A stretch of DNA of 40,872 nt from contig JAFGKR010000208.1 in assembly GCA_016928515.1 (NCBI GenBank), positions 1-40,872 on the forward strand, written 5' to 3'. How positions within the stretch are numbered: position 1 is the first letter of the stretch; each line of letters starts with the position of its first letter. This stretch comes from Bacteroidota bacterium. GTDB taxonomy: Bacteria > Bacteroidota > Ignavibacteria > SZUA-365. A program made the position numbers and the translations under genes. A model generated the notes under the pieces. The model ran no database searches. It worked only from the letters and a program-made list of their open reading frames with translations, and was not told where the DNA came from. Below are positions 7,549 through 17,779 of the stretch, piece after piece.

Positions 7549-10362
7549 TCACTCCTGTGCGGCAACAGTGTCCGGAACCGCAGCGGGAGCCTCGCCTCGT
7601 TGCTTCAGCATTTCGTACAGACGAATCTGATCCTGCAGACCGGGATCCTGCGGATAATATGCGCGCAACTGCTCGAGCAGATCGATGGCCTTCTGGTATT
7701 CTCCGCCGCGTTCGTAATATCGCATCAGGAAGAAATAGCCTGACCGTGCGGTGGCATCCACGGTGGGATCCGCGTCGGCAAGCTTCGGGAGAAACCAGGC
7801 TTCGAGATCCTTCGCCAGCTCCATATAGGTCGTTGTGTCGCCGGCCATCAGGTAGAAATTGGCGAGATCCGTGCGCAGAGAGTTGTCGAAACGATGGTAC
7901 TCGGAAGGTATGACCTCTTCCATTTTCTTCAGCAGTGCTGTGGCACGTTCGGAATCGCCACGCTCCTCTGCGATATACTGCGAGAGTCCCATGTACAGCG
8001 CCCGGAAACTGAAGATCATCTTTGTGCTCGCTTCATCAAGATTGATTTCCGGATTGTTCAGTTCGCGGAACATGAAACCGAAAGCACGGTTGCTGTCAGG
8101 TTCCTGCCGCAGATTCATCAAATGCTTATAAGTGGATTCGATGTTCATGGCCTCGTAGTAACGCCCGCCTTGCCGCGGCAGTGATATCGGGGTCACCCGG
8201 GATGCGAGTCCCTCGACAATCATATGATCGTCGAGACCGATGCGGTCTTCCTGCGCGGTACTCAGCGCAAAGTAGATCGGCCGTGTGTTGAAATTCTTGG
8301 TCAGGATGTCCAGGATCAGCAGATCCTGAATGCGGATGCCCTTGTTGCCCGCAGGATCCGTGTACGACGCCTGCACGGTGAAGTCGAGGGAAGACGGCAG
8401 CGTGGCGCGGTTCTGCAGTTCGGGTACATCGGCAAGAGATGCCAGGTTGAATGACTCCCGATCGATGGGGATGCTGATCTTGCGTGGCTCCCACAGGATG
8501 GGCCGCAGGTCCTCGAGCTCCGCATCACTGTATGAAAGCGGGACTGTCTTTGCGCCATAGGGCTGTTCATTTTTCAGCTGCTTGCTGTACCATGGGGTAT
8601 TGAGCAGACTGAGGTTGACGACGCGAACGTCGCGGCGGATACCCGCGGAGTACTGCAGATACCACACCGGGAAGGTGTCGTTGTCGCCTCCCGTGAACAG
8701 GATCGCATCCTGATCGCAGCTTTGCAGCAGATTGTAGGCGTAATCGAACGCAACATAGTTGTAATGACGGTCGTGGGTGCGGTAATTCTGTGAGAGCATG
8801 TTGATCGGTGCAAGGACGAAGAGCAGCCCGGCAAGCGCCAGACCGACGGCTTCGTTCCTGCCGGTTTTGGTCAGGAGCCACTCGACAATCCCGTAGACAC
8901 CGAGGCCGGCCCAGAGCGCAAAGACATAAAACGAACCGACAAAAAAGTAGTCTCGCTCACGGACCTGGGGTTCCGCCATATTGAAATAGACCACCAATCC
9001 GAATCCCATGATGAAGAACAGCGCAGCCATCGCCGTGCCCGTCCGATAATCCTTGCGGAAGTGGTAGAACATGCCGATGAGTCCGAGCAGCAAGGGAATG
9101 GCATAATAGCGATTGGGATACCCCGGACTTTCCGACCAGTCTCCCACCTCCTGGAAATGGGCGACCGGTGCCCCCTGGATATCACCGGCACGTCCGACGA
9201 AGTTCCAGAGGAAATAGCGAAGATATATCTCCCCCATCTGGAACTTGAGAAAATATTCCATGTCCGATGAATACTTGGCGTACGAATTCAGATGTATCTG
9301 ATCCGGACTCCAGCGACGCGGAAAATACTGCACGTTCCTATCCATCTGCACGGTACGCGTGCGCTCGTCGAAGTTCGGTCCCTTCAGCAGCGGATACGTT
9401 CCGTACTGATCGCGGTTCAGATAGCTGTACAGACCTTCGAGTGTCGTCGGCGCGTTCTCATTCAGCGCCGGTTGCTGATTCGCGCGGATGGGGACGATGG
9501 CGTACGTGCTGTATCCGAGTGTGACAAGCAGAATCGCAAGTGATACCATGCGAAAATGCGGATGCAGATCCTTTTTTGCCACCACGGCGATCAATGCGGC
9601 GAGGACGAGGACGATCACATACCGCCCAACGTCACCGCTCAGCGTCTGCGGGATGTACTTCACAATACCCGGATAGATGACGGCGAAACCCAGGACCATG
9701 AGCAGCAACGCGATACTGAAACTCTTGAGTGTCATATCCTCGCGATGACGGTCACGGAAATAGATCAGGAAAAACACGAAGAAGATGGCGAGCAGTGACA
9801 AAAGATGTACACCAATGCTCAATCCGATGAGATACGCGATGAGGAGAAGAGAGCGTTCGGAATCGAACACACCGATATGGAAATACCACTCGATGGCAAT
9901 CCACACGACGATGGAGACGAAGAACATCCCGATGCCGTACACTTCCGCCTCGGAGGCGTTGAACCAGAACGTATCACTGAAGGAGAGAATGAGGGCACCG
10001 CTCGCGCTGGCCAGGATCATGCTCAGTGCAGCGATCGGGGACTGCGGATCGCCCTTCCACTGCCGCAGCAGACGCATGGATACGAGATAGACGAACAGAA
10101 CGGTCAGCGAACTCGAGAAGGTGGACATCAGATTCACGCGGAATCCCAGATCATCCGAGAAAGGGATCAGAGAAAGAACACGCCCGACCAGCTGGAAGAA
10201 CGGAGCGCCCGGGGGATGGGGCACCCCCATGGTGACCGCGGATGTGATGAATTCCCCCGCATCCCAGAACGAAATCGTGGGAGCGACCGTCATGAGGAAA
10301 ACGATCGTGGAAAAGAGAAAGACGGCTACAGCAGAAATACGATGCCAGAGATTGAAATTCAT
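7549..10362 (-). CDS. DUF2723 membrane protein (TMEM260-like GT-C glycosyltransferase) with C-terminal TPR-like helices
   Basis: [55 protein letters not shown] motifs; many TMs followed by a large soluble C-terminal region. Confidence 0.88.
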   Translation of the reverse strand: MNFNLWHRISAVAVFLFSTIVFLMTVAPTISFWDAGEFITSAVTMGVPHPPGAPFFQLVGRVLSLIPFSDDLGFRVNLMSTFSSSLTVLFVYLVSMRLLRQWKGDPQSPIAALSMILASASGALILSFSDTFWFNASEAEVYGIGMFFVSIVVWIAIEWYFHIGVFDSERSLLLIAYLIGLSIGVHLLSLLAIFFVFFLIYFRDRHREDMTLKSFSIALLLMVLGFAVIYPGIVKYIPQTLSGDVGRYVIVLVLAALIAVVAKKDLHPHFRMVSLAILLVTLGYSTYAIVPIRANQQPALNENAPTTLEGLYSYLNRDQYGTYPLLKGPNFDERTRTVQMDRNVQYFPRRWSPDQIHLNSYAKYSSDMEYFLKFQMGEIYLRYFLWNFVGRAGDIQGAPVAHFQEVGDWSESPGYPNRYYAIPLLLGLIGMFYHFRKDYRTGTAMAALFFIMGFGLVVYFNMAEPQVRERDYFFVGSFYVFALWAGLGVYGIVEWLLTKTGRNEAVGLALAGLLFVLAPINMLSQNYRTHDRHYNYVAFDYAYNLLQSCDQDAILFTGGDNDTFPVWYLQYSAGIRRDVRVVNLSLLNTPWYSKQLKNEQPYGAKTVPLSYSDAELEDLRPILWEPRKISIPIDRESFNLASLADVPELQNRATLPSSLDFTVQASYTDPAGNKGIRIQDLLILDILTKNFNTRPIYFALSTAQEDRIGLDDHMIVEGLASRVTPISLPRQGGRYYEAMNIESTYKHLMNLRQEPDSNRAFGFMFRELNNPEINLDEASTKMIFSFRALYMGLSQYIAEERGDSERATALLKKMEEVIPSEYHRFDNSLRTDLANFYLMAGDTTTYMELAKDLEAWFLPKLADADPTVDATARSGYFFLMRYYERGGEYQKAIDLLEQLRAYYPQDPGLQDQIRLYEMLKQRGEAPAAVPDTVAAQE

Positions 10363-10458
10363 GATTGTGTCTATCCTGATGATACGTGTCTGTCGTGGGA
10401 ATTCATCCGCCCCCGCAGCGCCGGCTGACGCAACACGGCGGAATATCGACGGGGCCTC

Positions 10459-10725
10459 CTATCCGGCAGCCTGCCCGGATTTCTTCGGCTTCATGATGAT
10501 GCCGACAGGTATGACCACGCAATAGCCGATAAAAAGGATGATCGGAGCAACGGTAACGGACAGTGGACTGACCGCGTCTCCCATGCTCATGACCAGGATG
10601 CCGAGAAAAACCACGGCGATACCGGCAACCAGGATGATGTAATTCAATCGCTGCGGGAGCTCGGCCTCAGGGACGGCCTGCAGCTTCTTTCTTGCTCCCT
10701 TTCGTCTTTTCTGCACCTTCGCCAT
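10459..10725 (-). CDS. Small 2-TM protein, DUF3098-like
   Basis: Basic N-terminus, NYIILVAG..., SVTVAPIILFIGY, GIIMKP; GGAG upstream of the ATG. Confidence 0.75.
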   Translation of the reverse strand: MAKVQKRRKGARKKLQAVPEAELPQRLNYIILVAGIAVVFLGILVMSMGDAVSPLSVTVAPIILFIGYCVVIPVGIIMKPKKSGQAAG

Positions 10726-10798
10726 GCTATGACTCCGTTCGTGAAATTGGTATATCGTTGATCAAACACGAAAAATACGAAACTTGCAGGGAAAATCG

Positions 10799-11482
10799 CT
10801 ACGCTTCCGGGAGAAGTTTTCCCTCGTGGAGACGCCATGTGGCATTCGCCCGGGCGGCCAGTTCTGCATCATGTGTGACGATAACAAAGGTCTGCCCGTG
10901 ATCCTTCGCGAGCCCCCAGAGAAGCTCGTGCAACCGGGCGGCATTCTCTTCATCGAGATTTCCCGATGGTTCGTCCGCCAGCACAATGCGGGGATGGTTT
11001 ACCAGGGCACGCGCAACAGCGACACGCTGCTGCTCTCCACCGGACAGTTCGGATGGACGGGCATCAGCACGATGCATCACGTGCACGGTTTCGAGCAGCT
11101 CGTCCGCGCGTCGCTGCGCCTCGACGAGTGAGAGACCGGCAATCATCGCTGGAATGGCGACGTTCTCCCGCGCGGTGAACTCCGGCAGGAGATGATGAAA
11201 CTGGAACACAAAACCCATTCTGCTGTTGCGGAAGCCCGCCAGTGCATGATCGTCCATACCAAACAGATCCTGCCCGTCAAGAAGCACGCTTCCGCTGTCC
11301 GGACGATCCAGCGCTCCGATGATATGCAGCAGGGTGCTCTTTCCCGTGCCTGAGGCACCGATGATGGCAACCACCTGACCTTCCTCGACATCCATGGATG
11401 CCCCGCGCAGCACGGTGAGCGTGCGGTCTGCGCCGGTGGGATAGGATTTCGTGATATCGCGGATCTGTACGACGTTCTTCAT
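10799..11482 (-). CDS. lolD: Lipoprotein-releasing ABC transporter ATPase
   Basis: Walker A GASGTGKST, LolD motif GFVFQFHHLLPEFTA, LSGGEQQR, ADEPSGNLD; downstream of two LolC/E-type genes. Confidence 0.88.
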   Translation of the reverse strand: MKNVVQIRDITKSYPTGADRTLTVLRGASMDVEEGQVVAIIGASGTGKSTLLHIIGALDRPDSGSVLLDGQDLFGMDDHALAGFRNSRMGFVFQFHHLLPEFTARENVAIPAMIAGLSLVEAQRRADELLETVHVMHRADARPSELSGGEQQRVAVARALVNHPRIVLADEPSGNLDEENAARLHELLWGLAKDHGQTFVIVTHDAELAARANATWRLHEGKLLPEA

Positions 11483-11631
11483 GGAATTCTACTATTTCGT
11501 GATGTACCGCAAGGATGGGTAGCTGTTTGGAGCAACGTATTTGTTGATGTGCGGATTCGGGAATCCACGGGCGGATTCATGAATCAACCGTACAGGCATG
11601 TGTTTGACGTATGGGAATGTGTTTTGATCCG

Positions 11632-12849
11632 TCATTCCCATCGTACCGCGTCGATTATTTCTACATTCCGTGCGCGGCGGGCCGGGAACCATGCTGCGAG
11701 CAGGCAGAGTCCGAACGTCCCGGCAACGATGAGTGCGATGTCCGGCAAGCGGATTTCCACCGGTATGGCGGGAATGATGAACATCGCATCGAGACGGAAC
11801 AATCCGAATTCCGCCTGCAGCCAGGTGATCAGCAGACCGATCACGAGACCGGCCGCGACACCGATGGCTCCGATCCAGACGCCCTCGATGAGGAAAAGAC
11901 GCTGAATCCTCCGCGACGGCATGCCGACCGTACGGAGAATGCCGATATCCCGTCGCTTCTCGAGCACGAGCATGGTCAGGGATGCCAGGATGTTGAAAAC
12001 CGCGACCGCAATAATGATTCCCAGTAAAATGAAGGCGCTCCAGCGCTCGATCGCCATGACGGAATACAGATCTCCGTGCAGATCATACCACGTCAGGACG
12101 TTCCACCCCGGTCCGATGGCCTCCTGCAGCGTGCGCTGCATCTGTTTGCTGTCGTCGATGTCCTCCAGCCGCAGCTCGAAACCGGTGATATGTCCCCTCA
12201 TGCGGAACAGCGTTTGAGCATCTTCGAGGGAAAGAAAGGCATACGCGCCGTCATAGACCTTGTTCTGGGACCGGTAGATCCCCGTGACCGGACAGCGCAG
12301 TACGGTCGGGGCTACGTACTGAGTGAGCATGTTCTCCATGCCGGCAGGACTGTACAGCAGCAGCGTGTCGCCAACCAGCACGCGGAGCTCATCCGCGAGG
12401 CCTTCCCCCAGCACGATGCCATTGTCCTGTGAGAAGCGGAAATCTCCGAGCACGATTTTTTCGCCGACACGCGATACCTCGGCCAGGCTGTCGGGAGGGA
12501 CGCCCTTGATCCAGACGAACTGCGAATTCCCGTTGACCATCGCCATGGCCTTGCGCTGGATGAAGGGAGACAGCCCTGTAATGCCATCCTTCTCGCGGAG
12601 CAGCGTACGCACCGCTTCCGCGTCCTTCCCCTCGCTGCGCGGAATGCGTTCCACCTTGAGATGCGGATCGAAATCCTGCAGGATGGACGTCACCAGTCCG
12701 TTGAATCCGTTGAACACCGACATCACGACGATCAATGCGGCAACACCGAACATGATCCCGAGCGTCGCGAGCAGCGAGATGATGTTGATGAAACTGAAGC
12801 GCTTTTTTCCGTACAGGTATCGGCGCGCGATGAAGGATTCTACGGTCAT
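11632..12849 (-). CDS. LolC/E-family lipoprotein-releasing permease
   Basis: FIARRYL, GVAALIVVMSVFNGF, MacB-type periplasmic domain, FNILASLTMLVLEKRRDIGILRTVGM, C-terminal AAWFPARRA. Confidence 0.88.
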   Translation of the reverse strand: MTVESFIARRYLYGKKRFSFINIISLLATLGIMFGVAALIVVMSVFNGFNGLVTSILQDFDPHLKVERIPRSEGKDAEAVRTLLREKDGITGLSPFIQRKAMAMVNGNSQFVWIKGVPPDSLAEVSRVGEKIVLGDFRFSQDNGIVLGEGLADELRVLVGDTLLLYSPAGMENMLTQYVAPTVLRCPVTGIYRSQNKVYDGAYAFLSLEDAQTLFRMRGHITGFELRLEDIDDSKQMQRTLQEAIGPGWNVLTWYDLHGDLYSVMAIERWSAFILLGIIIAVAVFNILASLTMLVLEKRRDIGILRTVGMPSRRIQRLFLIEGVWIGAIGVAAGLVIGLLITWLQAEFGLFRLDAMFIIPAIPVEIRLPDIALIVAGTFGLCLLAAWFPARRARNVEIIDAVRWE

Positions 12850-12852
12850 GCG

Positions 12853-14067
12853 TCAGTGATAACGGATGGAACGGATAGGATCGAGCCGTGCGGCAAGCGC
12901 TGCGGGGATGAGGGATGACAACAGCGCGAGCAGCACACCCGCGGCGGAGACCCCTGCGAACACAGTCAGGGTCATGTGAATGGGCACGGTCGTCATGAAG
13001 TAAACATCCTGCGGCAGGCTGAAAAACTGTAATTCCTGCTGAGCCAAGCTGAACCCGAACGCGAGCGCCGCACCGATCAGTACTCCGGCCGTGCCGATGA
13101 AAACACCCTGCATCAGGAAAATGCGTCGGATATGCCGGCGCGATGCTCCCATGGCCAGCAGGATACCGATGTACGACGTTTTTTCGATGACGAAGAGCAG
13201 CAGCGTGGCGATCACGTTGAAGACGGAAATGACGATCAAGGAACCGACGACGATCGGGATCAGTTCCTGCTGCAGGTCGATCCAGACGAAAAGATGCCGG
13301 TAGAGCGAAAACACCGACCGTGGATCGTACGGGTAACCGATTTCTGTCTGTATGCGGTCGACCGTTTCCTCCACCGTCGCGACGTCCCGGCAAAGCACAT
13401 CATACCCGTTGATGCTACCGGGCAACCCGAAGGTCCGTTGTGCCGTTCCCAGCGAAGTGAAGACATAAATGTCATCGAGATACTCCGCCATACCGGTTTC
13501 ATAAATCCCACGGATCGTGCACTGCACTTTGGGAGCGTGATAGATGTCGGTGAAATCGGTGACGCCGAGCAACAGCATGCGGTCGCCGACGCGCAGGTTG
13601 AGCTTGTCGGCGAGGCGCTTCCCGATAACGATGGAGTGGCGATCATCCACGGGTCCCAGTGTATAGGATCCTGCGACAAGCTTGTCGGCGATGCGGGAGA
13701 GGTCCCGCGCGGAATCGAGTCCCTTTACCCGTACTCCTTCGATGTCGTCGCGAGTGACGACGAGCGCTTCGCGTTCGAGAAAGGGTCCTGCCTGCGCGAC
13801 GTTCTGCACGGCCCGGAGTTTCTTCAGCGTTGCGGGTTCGGCGGTCACGACACCGTTGCGAAACACGTTGACCTGGATATGCGCCGAAAAGCCGATGAGA
13901 TTGGAACGCAGCTCCCGCTCGAAGCCATCGAGGATGGTGAAGGCGATGATGAGTGCGGCGGTGCCGATGGCGACGCTGCCGATGGCGACAGCGGTCATGA
14001 AGGAAAGGAAACGGCTCAGATTCCGTTTCCGCAGGTAGCGCAGCGCTATGAAAGATGCAAAAGACAT
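12853..14067 (-). CDS. LolC/E-family lipoprotein-releasing permease (second paralog)
   Basis: FIALRYL, AALIIAFTILDGFE, FNVIATL..VIEK..IGIL.AMGA, YFMTTVP, IPA..AARLDP. Confidence 0.88.
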   Translation of the reverse strand: MSFASFIALRYLRKRNLSRFLSFMTAVAIGSVAIGTAALIIAFTILDGFERELRSNLIGFSAHIQVNVFRNGVVTAEPATLKKLRAVQNVAQAGPFLEREALVVTRDDIEGVRVKGLDSARDLSRIADKLVAGSYTLGPVDDRHSIVIGKRLADKLNLRVGDRMLLLGVTDFTDIYHAPKVQCTIRGIYETGMAEYLDDIYVFTSLGTAQRTFGLPGSINGYDVLCRDVATVEETVDRIQTEIGYPYDPRSVFSLYRHLFVWIDLQQELIPIVVGSLIVISVFNVIATLLLFVIEKTSYIGILLAMGASRRHIRRIFLMQGVFIGTAGVLIGAALAFGFSLAQQELQFFSLPQDVYFMTTVPIHMTLTVFAGVSAAGVLLALLSSLIPAALAARLDPIRSIRYH

Positions 14068-14088
14068 GCAGAGGATGTGTGCCCCGCC

Positions 14089-15211
14089 CTATGTCGGCAT
14101 GGAAGCCACGGCGTTGCCGAACTGCAGCAGGTAGGCCTGGGCAAACGCTTCGAGATCTCCGTCCATGACGGACTGCACGTTGCTTGTTTCCGCCCCGGTG
14201 CGGTGATCCTTGACCATGTTGTAGGGATGAAACACATACGAGCGGATCTGACTTCCCCACTCGATTTTCTTCTTGCTGTCTTCGATCGACGCCAGGCGGT
14301 TTGCCTCTTTCTCACGCTCGAGCTGATACAGACGCGATTGCAGCAACTTCATCGCAGTGGCACGGTTCTGATGCTGCGAGCGTTCCTGCTGGCAGGCGAC
14401 CACGATACCGGTCGGCACATGTGTGATGCGGACCGCCGTCTCGACCTTGTTGACATTCTGTCCACCCTTCCCACCGCTGCGGAAGGTGTCGACTTTCAGA
14501 TCCGAGGAATTGATTTCGATCTCGATTTCATCGTCGATCTCCGGATATACGAAAACGGAGGCGAAGCTGGTATGCCTCCGTTTTGCCGAGTCGAAAGGCG
14601 ATATGCGCACGAGACGGTGCACGCCGATTTCCGATTTGAGATAGCCGTACGCGTATGGTCCTTTCACTTCGAACGTCGCGCTCTTGATCCCCGCTCCCTC
14701 GCCTTCGAGTTCGTCGACGAGCAGCACCTCATAGCCACGGCGTTCGCAGTAGCGCAGGTACATGCGGTAGAGCATTTCCGCCCAGTCCTGCGATTCGGTG
14801 CCGCCGGCACCGGAGTGAATGGTGACGATGGCGTTGCGCCGGTCATCCTCACCCGAGAGCATGTTCTTGAACTCGAGTTCCCCGAGCAGGCGTTCGAGAT
14901 CCTTGAGTTCAGAAGCGATTTCCTCCCCGAGGGCTTCGTCCTTTGACTCCTCGGCGAGCTCCACGAGCGCATTGAAGTCCCCGGTTTTCCGATCCACTTC
15001 GTCCCAGAGTTCCACCCACTCCTTGCGCACGGAGATTTCCTGCATCACCTTCTGCGCCTGTATGTTGTCATCCCAGAAACCCGGGGCGTGGGTTTTCCCC
15101 TCGTAATCCGCTATCTCCGATTTCTTGGTGTCGATGTCAAAGATACCCCCGGAGATCGTGGACGCGTTTACGGATTTCGTTTCCCTTGCTTTGGAATTCT
15201 TCGAACATCAT
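14089..15211 (-). CDS. prfB: Peptide chain release factor 2, with programmed +1 frameshift
   Basis: First segment MMFEEF...LRGYL ends at CTT-TGA-C (15142-15136). The +1 frame continues DIDTKK...PGFWDD into the ORF-track 14089-15048 frame. SPF and GGQ motifs present; about 373 aa joined. Confidence 0.96.
15136..15151 (-). promoter_or_regulatory. prfB autoregulatory frameshift cassette
   Basis: CGGGGG-TAT-CTT-TGA-C on the minus strand: internal SD-like run 3 nt before the slippery CTT-T. Confidence 0.93.
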
Positions 15212-15215
15212 CGGT

Positions 15216-15455
15216 TTATCCTTCAAGACAGTACAATGATTCAATGGATGAAAAACGGTGTGACCGGGGAAAACGCCGGCGACGCAGACGGCGTCGTCGG
15301 ACGGGCATGACGTACTCGACTGCTGTGCGATCAACGCGCACGGACGAGGTGTTGACCCCCGGATCGAATGACAGCATGAAGACCAGGAAAAGCACCAGAA
15401 GGAGCTTCCGCAGACGGAACTCACCGCCGATATTGTCAAACTGCCCTGTCGCCAT
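15216..15455 (-). CDS. Possible small membrane/secreted protein (about 79 aa) between phoH and prfB
   Basis: MATGQ...RLRKLLLVLFLVFMLSF...RRRRLRRRRFPR...EG*. Fills the intergenic gap, and its stop overlaps the prfB SD (AAGGATAA). Confidence 0.3.
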   Translation of the reverse strand: MATGQFDNIGGEFRLRKLLLVLFLVFMLSFDPGVNTSSVRVDRTAVEYVMPVRRRRLRRRRFPRSHRFSSIESLYCLEG

Positions 15456-16398
15456 GGTAGCGTTCGTATGCATCGATAATATCCATGACCAGGCGGTGCC
15501 GCACCACGTCGGTCTTGTCGAGATATACGAATCCCACGCCTTCGACGCCGCTGAGAACGTCCCGGATTTCGACCAGTCCGCTGGCGGTTTTCGCCGGCAG
15601 GTCGATCTGGGTGATATCTCCCGTGATGATTGCACGGGAGTTCGCACCTATGCGTGTGAGAAACATTTTCATCTGTATGGAGGTTGCGTTCTGTGCCTCG
15701 TCGAGAATGATGAACGCGTTGTTGAGCGTCCGCCCACGCATATAAGCCAACGGCACGATCTCGATGGTACGACGCTCGATCGAGGCTTTGAGCTTTTCCG
15801 CCGGAATCATGTCATCCAGCGCGTCATAGAGCGGTCGCAGGTAGGGATCGATTTTCTCGCGAAAATCTCCGGGCAGGAAGCCCAGGCTTTCCCCCGCCTC
15901 CACTGCCGGCCGCGCCAGGACAATTTTCAGCACCTCGTGCTTGCGCAGCGACGCAACGGCCGCAGCCACGGCGAGATAGGTTTTTCCCGTCCCTGCCGGT
16001 CCGATGGCGAACACGATATCATTTGCTTTGATTGACCTCAGATAATTGATCTGTCCCGGCGTCCGCGCCTTGATATAGTCCTTCTTTGCATAGAGGATGA
16101 CATTATCCAATTCTTCGGGACTGAGTTCGGGCGTCGCGCCGCCGGTCATGATGTCGATGACGGTGTGCACGTCGCGCTCGGAAAGTGAATCGGTCTTGTT
16201 GACAATGAAGACCAGTTCCCTCAGTACTTTCTCGATCTGGTCGACGATCGCATCCTCGCCGCGGATCATGATACTTTCACCGCGGGCGACGATCACCGCC
16301 TCGAAGCGTTCTTCGAGGATGCGCAGGTGCGCGTCGTTGAAACCGTAGAGAACGACCGGGTTCGTCCCGTCGATCCGAATGCGCTTTTCTATTTCCAA
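15436..16398 (-). CDS. phoH: PhoH-family ATPase (PhoH/YbeZ-like, N-terminal KH-like domain)
   Basis: GPAGTGKTYLA, RPAVEAGESLGFLPGD, PYLRPLYDAL, YMRGRTL, DEAQN, GDITQIDLP, DVVRH. TTG at 16398 has GGAG upstream. Confidence 0.92.
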   Translation of the reverse strand: MEIEKRIRIDGTNPVVLYGFNDAHLRILEERFEAVIVARGESIMIRGEDAIVDQIEKVLRELVFIVNKTDSLSERDVHTVIDIMTGGATPELSPEELDNVILYAKKDYIKARTPGQINYLRSIKANDIVFAIGPAGTGKTYLAVAAAVASLRKHEVLKIVLARPAVEAGESLGFLPGDFREKIDPYLRPLYDALDDMIPAEKLKASIERRTIEIVPLAYMRGRTLNNAFIILDEAQNATSIQMKMFLTRIGANSRAIITGDITQIDLPAKTASGLVEIRDVLSGVEGVGFVYLDKTDVVRHRLVMDIIDAYERYHGDRAV

Positions 16399-16462
16399 AC
16401 ACACTCCACTGCCTGTGACACCGTCGTCGATCCGATTTCCGCGTCCCGTCATCACAAAGGAA

Positions 16463-16505
16463 ACGGAAAAACCCTTACATCATATTAATGTAAGGGTTTT
16501 TCCGT
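16463..16505 (-). terminator. Perfect 18-bp hairpin, probable terminator of the lipoprotein-LysM operon
   Basis: ACGGAAAAACCCTTACAT-7 nt loop-ATGTAAGGGTTTTTCCGT. Confidence 0.75.
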
Positions 16506-16584
16506 AAAAACGTGGTGTTCAAAGCCGGTAGCATCGGAAACGGATGCTCTTCGTCTTTGTTCTGTCGATACCGGAACGCGCCGA

Positions 16585-17379
16585 TTATTTGTTCACGTTC
16601 TCCGGAGATACTCCGGTGTCGGTTGTGCCGCCCATTTCCGCTTCGCGTTTCTGGCGATAGTAACGGCGGGCTGCACTTTCCTCTTCCGGCGTCAACGGCG
16701 CCGGTGCGGGGATCTTCAGAACCTGACCCGGATAAATCAGATCCGGATTCTTGATCTGCTCGCGATTCTTCTGCCAGATTTTTGGCCACTTGAATGCGTC
16801 GCCGTAGATGTCCGGCTTTTTCGCGATGTTCCACAGGCAGTCGCGGTCACGCGACCAGGTACCGACGACGTAGGTCTTCTCGGCACGGCTCAGCGTTTCG
16901 CGCAGCGTGCGGATATTCTCACCCATGCGCTGGATGCGATCATAGAACGCCGGTAGCAGGCTGATTTTGTTTCCGGAAAGATTCTTGAATTCCTCCTCGG
17001 CCTCGTCGACCTCAGCCTTGCGGGCGAGCAGGTCCATCGGGGACAGCCGAAGCAGTTCGGCGATCTTGTTCTCGTTGCGCTTCAGGCGCGCTTCGAACGC
17101 ATCGACATCCTGACGGGTGGCGCCGACGAGCGCATACAGCTCATCGATGCATTTCTCGTAATCATCCTGTTTCTGCTTGAGAACCTTGTTCTTCTCTTCG
17201 AGCTGTTTGTCCAGCGCATCCTGCTGCCGCTTCAATTCGGTGGAGCGCTTCTCGAGCTGCTGGATCTTTTGTACTGCCTGCTCCTCGGTCATTTCCTCCT
17301 GCTGGGCGAACGCGGCACTGCCCGCCATCAGGAACAATCCGAGTGCGATGGTCAGCACGGAAATGCGATTCCATTTCAT
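16585..17379 (-). CDS. Secreted coiled-coil protein with C-terminal LysM peptidoglycan-binding domain
   Basis: GAGGAG SD before ATG 17379. Sec signal ending AFA|Q, long heptad region, LysM TYVV...DCLWNIAKKPDIYGDAFKWPKIW..N...IKNPDLIYPGQVLKIP. Confidence 0.9.
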   Translation of the reverse strand: MKWNRISVLTIALGLFLMAGSAAFAQQEEMTEEQAVQKIQQLEKRSTELKRQQDALDKQLEEKNKVLKQKQDDYEKCIDELYALVGATRQDVDAFEARLKRNENKIAELLRLSPMDLLARKAEVDEAEEEFKNLSGNKISLLPAFYDRIQRMGENIRTLRETLSRAEKTYVVGTWSRDRDCLWNIAKKPDIYGDAFKWPKIWQKNREQIKNPDLIYPGQVLKIPAPAPLTPEEESAARRYYRQKREAEMGGTTDTGVSPENVNK

Positions 17380-17429
17380 AATATTTCTCCTCGCTTGTAC
17401 GATTGTTTCTAGAGACGTGACGGTGGACA

Positions 17430-17711
17430 CTAGTTGCCCTTCCAGTTGGCGAGACGCTGTTTGACCAGCTCCTTGTCCTTGGCGCACTGTTCCAGCTTGG
17501 CTTCCTGGGCTGAGATCTGACGGTCCAGGGTACCGATCTGGGACTGCTTCGTTTGGATCGCTGACTCGAGGGCCGTGATTTCACGCTCCAGCTCAGCAAT
17601 GCGTGCAAGCTGCTCGGGTGTTGCATACGAGGTGCAGCCCGAAAGGACAGCTCCGGCACCCATGATAGCCGCAGCACAAACGAGCACCACAGATTTGCGG
17701 AGTTTTTTCAT
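17430..17711 (-). CDS. Small coiled-coil lipoprotein (93 aa)
   Basis: AAGGAG SD; basic N-region, hydrophobic core, lipobox LSG|C26; the mature 68 aa are almost entirely heptad repeat. Confidence 0.88.
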   Translation of the reverse strand: MKKLRKSVVLVCAAAIMGAGAVLSGCTSYATPEQLARIAELEREITALESAIQTKQSQIGTLDRQISAQEAKLEQCAKDKELVKQRLANWKGN

Positions 17712-17779
17712 AATAGTCTCCTTTGCGGTGATGAGTTAAAGTAACAGGTTAGACTCAGGAATTATCTGCATATATGTCA

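Noticed and set aside
13132-14946. 604-aa plus-strand ORF, and similar long antisense ORFs (17920-18912, 18852-20171, 22332-23786, 24995-26467, 33838-35220)
   Set aside because: Shadows of well-supported minus-strand genes, expected at high GC; no recognisable motifs.
14089-15211. prfB as a pseudogene or TGA-readthrough gene
   Set aside because: The break is exactly the canonical CTT-TGA-C programmed frameshift.
17430-17711. Calling the lipoprotein lpp
   Set aside because: No C-terminal Lys and no recognisable sequence identity; the likeness is architectural only.
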